Virus record (IMG/VR): IMGVR_UViG_3300031565_000038
Coordinates: 1-56,586 of that record
DNA: 56,586 nt
Source of the DNA: a virus
Taxonomy: Duplodnaviria > Caudoviricetes
Direction: 5' to 3' (one strand)
The translations under genes and the position numbers were made by a program. The notes under the pieces were generated by a model. The model searched no databases, had not been told where the DNA came from, and saw nothing but the letters and a program-made list of their open reading frames with translations. Shown piece by piece: positions 1-7,864 of this stretch. The first letter of the stretch is position 1. Each line of letters starts with the position of its first letter.

Positions 1-1
1 T

Positions 2-127
2 CAATGCTTACTGTGTAGCTTCGTATTAAGTTTGTGCAAGTGTTTTAAAAATTTTTGCCCACGCACATCAGTTTTTTCAAAACTGTAAGGATTGCTGTAC
101 TGCATCATAGTTAGTTTTGTGGTTACT
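2..127. repeat. Terminal overlap, copy 1 (circular contig)
   Basis: 2..127 is identical to 56461..56586 (126 bp); the preceding base differs (t at 1, c at 56460). Confidence 0.95.
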
Positions 128-766
128 CCAAATTGCTTCCGTTGTTTTACTGTAAGCTCCCGATAAATCAATCATTGGTTTAAACGGTAGCCAGTCTGCC
201 TTTGTATTTTCACAAACAATTACTTGTCCATTTCTACTTTTACACCATTCTGCAAGTTTGATAAAATCAATATTTTTAGTACTTTCTCTATAATGCTCAC
301 CGCCAAATTGGTAAGGTGGGTCAATAAACCAAGTAGATTCTGTGTTTTCCAATTCTTCATAACTCCCGTTTATTATTGTCCAATGCTTTATTTTAAATAA
401 TTGTTTTGCTATTCTTTTTTTGTCACCTGATATATTGCTAAATTTTTGTACTATTTTTTGAGGCGATGCAATAGCTCCAGCAACCATAAAACCCATTAAT
501 AATTTTTCATCATCAGAAATATTAAAATCATCAATTGACTCTTTATATTTTGGTTCTGGTAAATTTAAAATATCTTTTTCCGTTGCTTTTTGTAGCCATT
601 TCCATATACGAATTATTTTTTCATATTTATCAACTATCGTAATATCATTCTGCCAATATTTCAAACTGTACCTTGCTGAACCTGCAAACGGTTCAATTAT
701 ATTTTTGTGCTTCGGTGGTGGATAGTAGTCCACAATCTTTGATTTACTTCCGTAATATGAAAACAT
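77..766 (-). CDS. DNA adenine methyltransferase (Dam/D12-like)
   Basis: YYGSK, EPFAGSA and DPPY motifs. Confidence 0.85.
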   Translation of the reverse strand: MFSYYGSKSKIVDYYPPPKHKNIIEPFAGSARYSLKYWQNDITIVDKYEKIIRIWKWLQKATEKDILNLPEPKYKESIDDFNISDDEKLLMGFMVAGAIASPQKIVQKFSNISGDKKRIAKQLFKIKHWTIINGSYEELENTESTWFIDPPYQFGGEHYRESTKNIDFIKLAEWCKSRNGQVIVCENTKADWLPFKPMIDLSGAYSKTTEAIWSNHKTNYDAVQQSLQF

Positions 767-836
767 AAAAAATCCTCCCTAAAAATTTTTAAAACAAGAA
801 CATTCGTACTCGTATCGAACTGTATCGGTTATTGTC

Positions 837-863
837 GCACTGGTCATATACCCAACGTTAGCA
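837..863 (+). repeat. attC-like right arm and R' box; pairs with 56442..56466 across the join
   Basis: gcactggtcatatacc is the near reverse complement of ggtatataaccaatgc (56451..56466); GTTAGCA at 857. Confidence 0.8.
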
Positions 864-869
864 GTAATG

Positions 870-1172
870 CTAAATAACCTCTAACCATGCTACTTTTTCT
901 TGTGTTAGCCAATTATGAGCAAATTTTGAAAGTGGGTAATTCTTTTCGGGTTCAGAATCACTATTTACATACAATCTTCCATGTTTACTTACAATTGTTC
1001 CTGTAATGTCTTTATCTCCACTTCTCATATATGAACGCTGATATGTTATAAATCCCTTTACTTTCATACCAACTTTCAAAATAATACCTTCTCTGTTAAT
1101 GAAAGCACTACTGCTAACAAGCGGTAATACGGCATTGCCTTGTGCTTCATGGATGATTTTTTCTGTGTTCAT
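870..1172 (-). CDS. Cassette hypothetical protein
   Basis: ORF; starts inside the attC-like loop. Confidence 0.7.
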   Translation of the reverse strand: MNTEKIIHEAQGNAVLPLVSSSAFINREGIILKVGMKVKGFITYQRSYMRSGDKDITGTIVSKHGRLYVNSDSEPEKNYPLSKFAHNWLTQEKVAWLEVI

Positions 1173-1244
1173 AATTTTGTTCTCGTATTTAAGTTATTAC
1201 TAATTTGATAGTTCGGCAACGACCGCATACCGCAGCCGTTAACT
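1112..1244 (+). repeat. attC-like site
   Basis: ctgcTAAC..cggtaatacgg / ccgcataccg..GTTaact; R'' matches cassette start gttagcagt at 857. Confidence 0.85.
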
Positions 1245-1575
1245 ACAATTGCCGCTTATGGCAATCATCTGTTAAGTATTTTCCGCATTCGCAAAATCTA
1301 TCATTTTCTTTAGACGGTGAGAAATAATGCGGCAACAGATAGTTAACAGCAGATATATTTAATGCTTGTTTTTCGTTCTCATAGAAACTTTTGTAATCAT
1401 CAACATCAAATTCAGCAAGTCCATAACAATCAATTGCTAAATCATCTACCTGTTGTTGTGTTAAACATATTGATGTTTTACCCATTAGCAACATTATACC
1501 ACCGTGTCTTGCTTGGTATATGTTGAAATCTCCTTTATAGGTTGTGTCTCCTATTTGATAGCTGAATTTTCCCAT
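1243..1575 (-). CDS. Cassette hypothetical protein (C-terminal CxC..CH)
   Basis: ORF; mostly within the attC loop. Confidence 0.7.
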   Translation of the reverse strand: MGKFSYQIGDTTYKGDFNIYQARHGGIMLLMGKTSICLTQQQVDDLAIDCYGLAEFDVDDYKSFYENEKQALNISAVNYLLPHYFSPSKENDRFCECGKYLTDDCHKRQL

Positions 1576-1631
1576 TTTATTAAAGTTTTTTGTTATTAAA
1601 TCGCACTAAATATATCTGCATCCCGTTATAG
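1341..1631 (+). repeat. attC-like site with long coding loop
   Basis: gcagatatatttaatgc / gcactaaatatatctgc arms; GTT at 1625. Confidence 0.85.
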
Positions 1632-1907
1632 TGAATTTCCCTCCCACACTACATTTGAAAATCTATCCATCCAATCTTTGGCTCTATTCATATTTTTTAT
1701 GTGCGTATTAACACGTTTTTTGGCTTCTTCAAACGTTTCACATATTACAGAACTTGGCTTAGTAAATCTACCAATCTGCATACTATTAATATTTAACCAT
1801 AAGCCAAAAATCTTATATTGTGCAGTAAAATAAGTTTCAGCAAATGGGTGCTGCCATTCTTTAATTCTATATTTAAGTTTCATATAATTTGTTTTGCCAC
1901 CGCTCAA
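1626..1907 (-). CDS. Cassette hypothetical protein
   Basis: ORF; stop codon is the TTA of the crossover. Confidence 0.7.
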   Translation of the reverse strand: MSGGKTNYMKLKYRIKEWQHPFAETYFTAQYKIFGLWLNINSMQIGRFTKPSSVICETFEEAKKRVNTHIKNMNRAKDWMDRFSNVVWEGNSL

Positions 1908-1914
1908 AAACTCA

Positions 1915-2010
1915 CTATAACAAAGTGTAAAGTTTATAAGCCAGTGAAGTTTATATTCATTTAATCAAAGTCCGTGCGTGGCTTACAAAACCTTACACAA
2001 ACCGTTAGCA
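1915..2010 (+). repeat. attC-like site
   Basis: cactaTAAC..gtgtaaagtttataagcca / tggcttacaaaaccttacac..GTTagca. Confidence 0.85.
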
Positions 2011-2016
2011 ACAACA

Positions 2017-2172
2017 CTACGTCAGTGCATTTTTCAAAGCCTGTGTTATCCAATAACGAACCATACCCGATTTATTGGAAGAGCCGAAAAACTCTTTCGA
2101 TACTTTTATCAAGTCTTGTTCTTCTTTTTCTGTAAGCGATAATGTAACCGCCTTTGTTTTTTCTTTTGCCAT
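2017..2172 (-). CDS. Small ribbon-helix-helix-like protein (51 aa, not in ORF track)
   Basis: MAKEKTKAVTLSLTEKEEQDLIKVSKEFFGSSNKSGMVRYWITQALKNALT; start overlaps the upstream stop. Confidence 0.6.
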   Translation of the reverse strand: MAKEKTKAVTLSLTEKEEQDLIKVSKEFFGSSNKSGMVRYWITQALKNALT

Positions 2173-2549
2173 TATTTTACGGTATTAATATCTACAGCTA
2201 AACCATCTTCTAACATTCCAAACACATCAAAATTATATTCAATAAGTCTTTTTACAACAACATAAGGTGCCCTATTATGCCAGTAAGCTCTTCCATATTC
2301 TAAATATTCATTATAGTAATATTCAAAGCTTGTAAAACCGAAAAAGTTATCTTTAAATACACCAATCTCACTACCAAAATCAACAGGTAATGTTTGCGTG
2401 TCTGTCAAAGGTCTTAAGATAGGTTTAAATCCTTTTTCTAAATGATAAGTTAAGTTTTCAGTTGTTAACTCTGTTTTCTTACCTACTGCATTTATAATAG
2501 ATAATGAGTGAGGCAAATAAGGTGCTACTTTTTCAAATTTAAGTTTCAT
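2172..2549 (-). CDS. Phage hypothetical protein
   Basis: ORF with PYLP..KPILRPL..FDVFG pattern; has its own promoter. Confidence 0.7.
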   Translation of the reverse strand: MKLKFEKVAPYLPHSLSIINAVGKKTELTTENLTYHLEKGFKPILRPLTDTQTLPVDFGSEIGVFKDNFFGFTSFEYYYNEYLEYGRAYWHNRAPYVVVKRLIEYNFDVFGMLEDGLAVDINTVK

Positions 2550-2586
2550 AATCGTATGTATTAAGTTTTAATGCGTTATTGCTCTA

Positions 2587-2617
2587 CAAAGATAGTAATT
2601 ATTTACTAATTACCAAA
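2587..2617 (-). promoter_or_regulatory. Bacteroidota sigma-A-type promoter inside a cassette
   Basis: TTTG-19 nt-TATCTTTG on the minus strand. Confidence 0.7.
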
Positions 2618-2646
2618 TAAATATTGCAATGATTTTACCGTGCAGT

Positions 2647-2745
2647 TGCTAACACGTTGTATATGTCAGTTTTGCCAATTGGTTTTTGTGCTTTGAATGA
2701 AGTATGTGCGTGGCAAAACCGAACACATACAACCATTCGTTATGC
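2647..2745 (+). repeat. attC-like site
   Basis: ttgcTAAC..gttgtatatgtcagttttgcca / tggcaaaaccgaacacatacaac..GTTatgc. Confidence 0.85.
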
Positions 2746-3096
2746 CCCATTAAAAAGGCGTTTAAACTTAGCTTGTATATATTTGTCCAATTCTTTCCGT
2801 AGGGCTTTCTTGTCAATACCCTTAGTGTTATAAAATCGAAAAATAATTGAGTTTCTTACTTTACCATCTTTTAAGTAGCAAGTGTCCATTCCTATTTCCC
2901 AATTGCAATCTGTAAATTGTACAATTATTTTCTTACAGTGTGCTTTTAACGAACCATTGTATGCTTCTTCATAGTAAGCCCTACTTTCTCGCTGGTTAAT
3001 AAGTAAGTCCTGCTCTTTTGCAGTCATTGTCTCTACATTTATTCCTATAATTGTCTGCATATCGTTAATTAACAACGGGGCATAACAACGCATCAT
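2740..3096 (-). CDS. Cassette hypothetical protein
   Basis: ORF; stop at crossover. Confidence 0.7.
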   Translation of the reverse strand: MMRCYAPLLINDMQTIIGINVETMTAKEQDLLINQRESRAYYEEAYNGSLKAHCKKIIVQFTDCNWEIGMDTCYLKDGKVRNSIIFRFYNTKGIDKKALRKELDKYIQAKFKRLFNGA

Positions 3097-3207
3097 AAAT
3101 AATAGCGGTGTTGTGCTTATCCGTAGGTTTATAATATTAATTTACTGCTTCTCATCTTTATAATTTAGTGCGGTTAATCCGCTACTATTCATATGCCAAC
3201 GTTACCA
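3080..3207 (+). repeat. attC-like site
   Basis: ggcaTAAC..gcatcataaataatagcgg / ccgctactattcatatgc..GTTacca. Confidence 0.85.
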
Positions 3208-3212
3208 CCCAT

Positions 3213-3497
3213 TTAAAGAAATTGCGGTGTAGGTATATCAAATCGCTTTTCTCGTGGCTCGCTATCATCGTAGTCACACTCTTTTAGTTTTGGTAAGTTA
3301 GGGTGCATTCCATCGTGTTTAATATGTTTATTGTATCGCTCGCAAATATGTGGGTACTTTTTACCATCTTCCACCTTGTCTTGTTCTCGCTCGGTTATGC
3401 TTAAATATTTGCATTTTCGGAAGCAAAAAACGGGTGGTAACAAAGGCTCATATTGCATAGCCTTGTCAGTTGTCGAAGTTTCATTCTTTTTTGTCAT
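3213..3497 (-). CDS. Cassette Cys-rich hypothetical protein
   Basis: ORF; start in attC loop. Confidence 0.7.
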   Translation of the reverse strand: MTKKNETSTTDKAMQYEPLLPPVFCFRKCKYLSITEREQDKVEDGKKYPHICERYNKHIKHDGMHPNLPKLKECDYDDSEPREKRFDIPTPQFL

Positions 3498-3564
3498 TTC
3501 AGTAAGTATTTAAAGTTTATATATTCAATCTAAAAGGCTACGCAACATAGCCAAACCGTTAGCA
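3435..3564 (+). repeat. attC-like site
   Basis: gtggTAAC..ggctcatattgcatagcc / ggctacgcaacatagcc..GTTagca. Confidence 0.85.
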
Positions 3565-3565
3565 C

Positions 3566-3736
3566 TTATTTACCTCGCTGTACGCTCGGTTTTTTCTTTC
3601 CCTTTAATTTTTTTATCCTTCTTCTTATATCCTTATCATCATACCAATCAATAATAACTGGCATTATCACAACCATAATGGCTATGAATACGTATGCCCC
3701 TATAATTACATATACTAAATTATCTTTGTTCATCAT
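3566..3736 (-). CDS. Small single-pass membrane protein (56 aa, not in ORF track)
   Basis: MMNKDNLVYVIIGAYVFIAIMVVIMPVIIDWYDD followed by a basic tail. Confidence 0.6.
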   Translation of the reverse strand: MMNKDNLVYVIIGAYVFIAIMVVIMPVIIDWYDDKDIRRRIKKLKGKKKPSVQRGK

Positions 3737-3842
3737 GTCAATATTTTTTTAAAAATTAAATGTTTCAATAAAAACCAATAAGTGCTAACGTCCTCTGTCT
3801 CGTTTCGCTGTAATTACCGCTCGGTAAACCCACTTCGTTAAG

Positions 3843-4135
3843 TGCTAACATAGTGTATAATGAATGACTTAGGCGAAACTCGTAATGAGGTTCTTGTTCT
3901 CAGTATTTAAAAGAAAATAAAATCTTTATTCCTTTTTTTCATACAAGCGGTGCAAATACTTTCGTCTTTTTTAACAATATATTTACCAGTTTCAACATTC
4001 CTAAATCCAGAATATCTAATATCTGCCTCAACACCGCAATCGGTACAATAATATTTTTTCTCTTTATTATCATTCATTATATTTTCTTTTAAATCCTTTC
4101 ACAATTCAACTCATTATACACAGAGGACGTTACCA
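3843..4135 (+). repeat. attC-like site with a gene in its loop
   Basis: gtgcTAAC..gtgtataatga / tcattatacac..GTTacca. Confidence 0.8.
3907..4077 (-). CDS. Small zinc-finger protein (56 aa, not in ORF track)
   Basis: MNDNKEKKYYCTDC...ICTACMKK; two CxxC pairs. Confidence 0.6.
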   Translation of the reverse strand: MNDNKEKKYYCTDCGVEADIRYSGFRNVETGKYIVKKDESICTACMKKRNKDFIFF

Positions 4136-4200
4136 ACAATTTGCCAGTAAAAAAGTGCATAAAACGAAACGTAAGTACTGGCAAACTGTACGCTTCGCTT

Positions 4201-4642
4201 TGGTAACAACTTGTATATTCTATGCGCTGTGCATAGAATCAGCGGATTCCTCCCCTATTGTCATTTCTTCTTTACAGTCTTTAAGCATATTTATAAAACT
4301 ATCTATACTTTCAACTTTGTTAAAAACAAAAACAAGTTCAGGTTGCATTTCATCAAAGCTTTCAACACTTGCTTTTTCAATAACGTTTATCGGTCTTGGT
4401 TCAGTTACTGTTTTCATAGCGAGTACTGTTTCGCCGTTTTCGCCTTTTTCAGATCCTAGCATCCAAACATCGCCAGTTCCCATTTCACAAACCATTACAT
4501 TTTTTGTTTTTCCGTAAGTTGCATTTTTTGTTATCATCTTGTTTTTGTTTTTGCCTACACACCGTATGCGAGCGGTTATACATTTATTTTAGTTTCGTGC
4601 GATCCGGTAAAGCGCACATAACATACAATTCGATCGTTAGCG
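4201..4642 (+). repeat. attC-like site enclosing a whole ORF
   Basis: tggTAAC..ttgtatattctatgcgct / agcgcacataacatacaa..GTTagcg. Confidence 0.75.
4220..4537 (-). CDS. Hypothetical protein in attC loop
   Basis: ORF. Confidence 0.7.
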   Translation of the reverse strand: MITKNATYGKTKNVMVCEMGTGDVWMLGSEKGENGETVLAMKTVTEPRPINVIEKASVESFDEMQPELVFVFNKVESIDSFINMLKDCKEEMTIGEESADSMHSA

Positions 4643-4861
4643 GTAATAAGTCACAGTATAATCTGTACCTTCTACTGCTAAATCACATCCTATTATTACT
4701 TTAGGTGGCTCAAATAATGGTGTGTGTTCTGGCATCTTAATATCACCATTTTCAAAGTGTTTTTGCATTTGTGCTATGCGGTTTAATTTACTACCGCTAA
4801 CAACAGGTAAATTGCATTGCTGCTTTCTACCATTAAATAAGTTTTTTATAAATTTCAACAT
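4637..4861 (-). CDS. Cassette hypothetical protein
   Basis: ORF; stop at crossover. Confidence 0.65.
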   Translation of the reverse strand: MLKFIKNLFNGRKQQCNLPVVSGSKLNRIAQMQKHFENGDIKMPEHTPLFEPPKVIIGCDLAVEGTDYTVTYYR

Positions 4862-4922
4862 CTGTTCTATTTTTTAAGTTTTTACTAAATTCACGCAACG
4901 CAACTTACCCAAACCGTTATCG
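4795..4922 (+). repeat. attC-like site
   Basis: cgcTAAC..ggtaaattgcattgc / gcaacgcaacttacc..GTTatcg. Confidence 0.85.
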
Positions 4923-4946
4923 ACAATGCCGCTGCGCTTGACGAAG

Positions 4947-5198
4947 TCAATCAGTTTGTTTAATCAAATACATCTTAAAACACTTACTACACCATTTATT
5001 ACCATAAACGTCCTCGCTATCAGATTGTGTACAATCACAAACCTCCTTTGACTTCTCATTGTCGATAACGTTCTCACTTTCATTTGTTGCTTGAGAATTA
5101 ATCTGAATGAAATTTATTGCTCTTACTTCATCAGATCGCATATTATCTACTCCTGGTAATCTTAAATACTTTTGGAATTCAATTAATTCTTTCTTCAT
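4947..5198 (-). CDS. Cassette hypothetical protein (C-terminal CxC..CxxC)
   Basis: ORF. Confidence 0.65.
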   Translation of the reverse strand: MKKELIEFQKYLRLPGVDNMRSDEVRAINFIQINSQATNESENVIDNEKSKEVCDCTQSDSEDVYGNKWCSKCFKMYLIKQTD

Positions 5199-5237
5199 TG
5201 TTTCAATTTTAAATTTGTACTACGCTTGCGACACAGT

Positions 5238-5322
5238 CGATAACACACTGTATATCGAAAGCAACTAAATGAATGACTTTCCGCAACTGCGTTGCTCACG
5301 TCATACAGTGAGAACGTTATGT
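5238..5322 (+). repeat. attC-like site
   Basis: cgaTAAC..cactgtat / atacagtg..GTTatgt. Confidence 0.8.
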
Positions 5323-5640
5323 GGCATTTAAGATATGATACTCGTTCGGAGTAAAATTCCATGCCACCGCACCATCTTTAAATTTGAGTTTGGCGCAATC
5401 AATATCTCTATCTCTGTAATGTTTTCCATTGTCATCATACTCACAATATCCAGTTTCTACAACCGTTGCAAGTTTTCCTTTATGCCTGTACAAATTATAC
5501 CTTGTGCAAACTGTTTGCCCAACCCTCGCACGAATTTTGTTTCTACCTATGAACCACCTGAAAGCGGATAAGTAAAAACGCCACATAACAATGTATATAG
5601 CAAATTTGCGAGCTTTTAAGAAAGTTTTTACTGTATTCAT
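5317..5640 (-). CDS. Cassette hypothetical protein
   Basis: ORF; start in loop, stop at crossover. Confidence 0.7.
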   Translation of the reverse strand: MNTVKTFLKARKFAIYIVMWRFYLSAFRWFIGRNKIRARVGQTVCTRYNLYRHKGKLATVVETGYCEYDDNGKHYRDRDIDCAKLKFKDGAVAWNFTPNEYHILNAT

Positions 5641-5708
5641 AATTTATCTCATTTAATTAAGTTTCTACTAATTTGGATGGCAAACTTGCCATATTCTCAA
5701 CGTTGTGT
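5583..5708 (+). repeat. attC-like site
   Basis: acaTAAC..atatagcaaatttgc / gcaaacttgccatat..GTTgtgt. Confidence 0.85.
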
Positions 5709-5852
5709 GTAATTTAAAGAACCCGTAGGCTTATTTTAGCACGTGCCTACGGGAGCTCGTCCGTGCATCCATTTTGTTGTTGTAGCAGGTAATTCGTCAA
5801 TTATCGCTATTTCTGGGAATGTGATTTTAAACCCAATATCTTAATAAACTAC

Positions 5853-5982
5853 ACACAACAATTTATATAATTAATAGCTGTGGTAGTGGTTATTTTAAAG
5901 AACTATCATTTATTAAGCCTATGCAAATATATGAAAATTATAGCATTTAATACGCTACTAATCATATAAGTAGCCGTTGTAG
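5853..5982 (+). repeat. attC-like site with a promoter motif in its loop
   Basis: acaCAAC..ttatataattaatagc / gctactaatcatataa..GTTgtag; TATATTTG (minus) at 5924..5931. Confidence 0.8.
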
Positions 5983-5992
5983 GCAATTTTGC

Positions 5993-6241
5993 TTAGTAAG
6001 TGCATTGCCCACCACATTTTCTACATTCACCTGTACCTGCTATCAAATCTTGCACACCATCGCATTCGCAAAACTGTTCGCTTTGCCCTACAACATTAGC
6101 TATACCCAATAATTTTAACTTAGCTTGGTGGTATGCTTCAAGGGCTTTCTCCGTATCGTTTACATCTGTTTGGAATTGTGGTGAATATTGCGTTGGCATA
6201 TTCGGTATTCCGTGTTCATCTAAAAATTCTTTTGCTGTCAT
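5993..6241 (-). CDS. Cassette hypothetical protein (C-terminal zinc ribbon)
   Basis: ORF; CxC..CxxC. Confidence 0.65.
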   Translation of the reverse strand: MTAKEFLDEHGIPNMPTQYSPQFQTDVNDTEKALEAYHQAKLKLLGIANVVGQSEQFCECDGVQDLIAGTGECRKCGGQCTY

Positions 6242-6293
6242 TTTTTCGTTTTTAAGTCGTTAAAATTACTGTACATAGCCTTAGCCGTTGTAC
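6088..6293 (+). repeat. attC-like site
   Basis: ctaCAAC..gctatacccaataattttaac / gttaaaattactgtacatagc..GTTgtac. Confidence 0.8.
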
Positions 6294-6402
6294 TCAATAT
6301 TGCCCCTTAAATCCGTACTCTTTAAGAACATCAGCGAGTAACTTTGATTTTTCTTCTGGGATTGGTCCCCACCGCACTTTGGTTTTTGCAAAACCATTTG
6401 GG

Positions 6403-6489
6403 TTAAGAGCAATGCCCTGTACTACCTCCACAATGTCCCGCCATTGCTTCAATAAAGTTTGCAACTTTTCTCAAAACTTTCGTGTACAT
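6403..6489 (-). CDS. Putative RiPP precursor peptide (28 aa, not in ORF track)
   Basis: MYTKVLRKVANFIEAMAGHCGGSTGHCS; ATG 4 nt after the rSAM stop. Confidence 0.7.
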   Translation of the reverse strand: MYTKVLRKVANFIEAMAGHCGGSTGHCS

Positions 6490-6493
6490 AATT

Positions 6494-7363
6494 TTACCTC
6501 CATTGTTTAGTTAAACATCCATTTTCATATATAACACCGTATTTATTTGGTGCTGTTTTGTTAAATAATTTATAAGCAACTTTTACACCGTCCATAAATG
6601 AAGCTGTTAGCGTTTCCTCACACATAAAACACGAGCGTTTTAAAAGTAGTGGCGTTTTCATTTCTTTTAGCTCCTGTATTTTTGCAGTTTCTAAATACTT
6701 TTGACAACCACTATAAAAAGGTGTCCCTAGTTTAATACCAAAGGTTTTTTCAAACGAAACAAAGTATTCTTTTCCGTGTTGTATTTCGGAAAGTTTAATC
6801 GAATCAAATCCCATTTTATCGTAATGCAATAAACAGGCTGTAATATCTTCTTTCGTGTACAGATAAGGTTTCACAATATTTAGGTTAATTCTAATCTTTT
6901 CTTTATGTGGCAACGAAGCATAAAAAGCCTGTCTATCATATTTTGAAGGTACTTTCCTTATTTCGTCTGCAATTTCTTCTTTATAATGTTGTACCGAAAG
7001 GTTTATGCCGTCAATTATTTCTAAAAGTTCGGTAAACAAATCAAACCTATCACTACATATTTTTGGTATTGCAGTTGTTACAAATATTTTGAGTTTTGTT
7101 TTTTCTCTAACTTGTTTTACACAGTCCAAGAGTTCCTGTAAATAAAGGCAAGGTTCACCACCTAAAAACAATACATCATCGTATCCGTTTTGGTTTTCAA
7201 CTATGGTGTTTACTATCGCTTGTACATCGGGTTTCTTTATTCCAAAACCTTCATACTTTAAATCAATGCAATGCGAACACTTATTATCACAAGCACTTGT
7301 AAAATGTATGTCAAATGAGTTATACAACCCATCACAACAGTTTTTAATAAAAATATTTGCCAT
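6494..7363 (-). CDS. Radical SAM protein (putative peptide maturase)
   Basis: CDNKCSHC (CX3CX2C) and GGEP motifs. Confidence 0.9.
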   Translation of the reverse strand: MANIFIKNCCDGLYNSFDIHFTSACDNKCSHCIDLKYEGFGIKKPDVQAIVNTIVENQNGYDDVLFLGGEPCLYLQELLDCVKQVREKTKLKIFVTTAIPKICSDRFDLFTELLEIIDGINLSVQHYKEEIADEIRKVPSKYDRQAFYASLPHKEKIRINLNIVKPYLYTKEDITACLLHYDKMGFDSIKLSEIQHGKEYFVSFEKTFGIKLGTPFYSGCQKYLETAKIQELKEMKTPLLLKRSCFMCEETLTASFMDGVKVAYKLFNKTAPNKYGVIYENGCLTKQWR

Positions 7364-7428
7364 CGCTTCGCTGTTTTTAATTACTATTTTAGTTTTTCAA
7401 TTTAAGTTTATCAGTTAAAACCGCCAGC

Positions 7429-7557
7429 CACTAACACGTGGTATAAAACAAAGCGGTTTTAGTGGTACTCGAAGTTGTCTGCCACGTGCCAAGTTTATTG
7501 TAACTTGATAATTCAGTCCTCGCAGTCCGCTTCGATTTCATACCACCATCGTTAACG
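7429..7557 (+). repeat. attC-like site
   Basis: cacTAAC..gtggtataaaacaaagcgg / ccgcttcgatttcataccac..GTTaacg. Confidence 0.8.
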
Positions 7558-7590
7558 AAAATGTTGCAAGCAACCGCAAAAAACGAGTTG

Positions 7591-7803
7591 TTAATACCAG
7601 TAATCACAGTTACCATGTTCGCAAGCATTAAGAGTACAGTTACCATTTGGTTCATCCGAATGACAACTCTTTTCTTTTTGCTCATTTTCGTTAACGTTTC
7701 GAGCTTCTCTTTGATGCTTTAAAATTTTTCTAATCTTACGTAGTTCAATTGAAGTAACTATAAATAGTATTCCAGCTAAACAGTTAATAATAATTTGTGT
7801 CAT
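7591..7803 (-). CDS. Cassette protein with N-terminal TM helix and Cys-rich tail
   Basis: ORF. Confidence 0.6.
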   Translation of the reverse strand: MTQIIINCLAGILFIVTSIELRKIRKILKHQREARNVNENEQKEKSCHSDEPNGNCTLNACEHGNCDYWY

Positions 7804-7864
7804 AATAAAAAATTTTATTTGTTAATACTTATTTAATTTCTTTTTCCTGATCTTGCAACACTTT

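Noticed and set aside
7431-7685. 84-aa minus-strand ORF (also 8615..8803 and 14479..14661)
   Set aside because: Overlap better-supported ORFs in another frame and run across cassette boundaries
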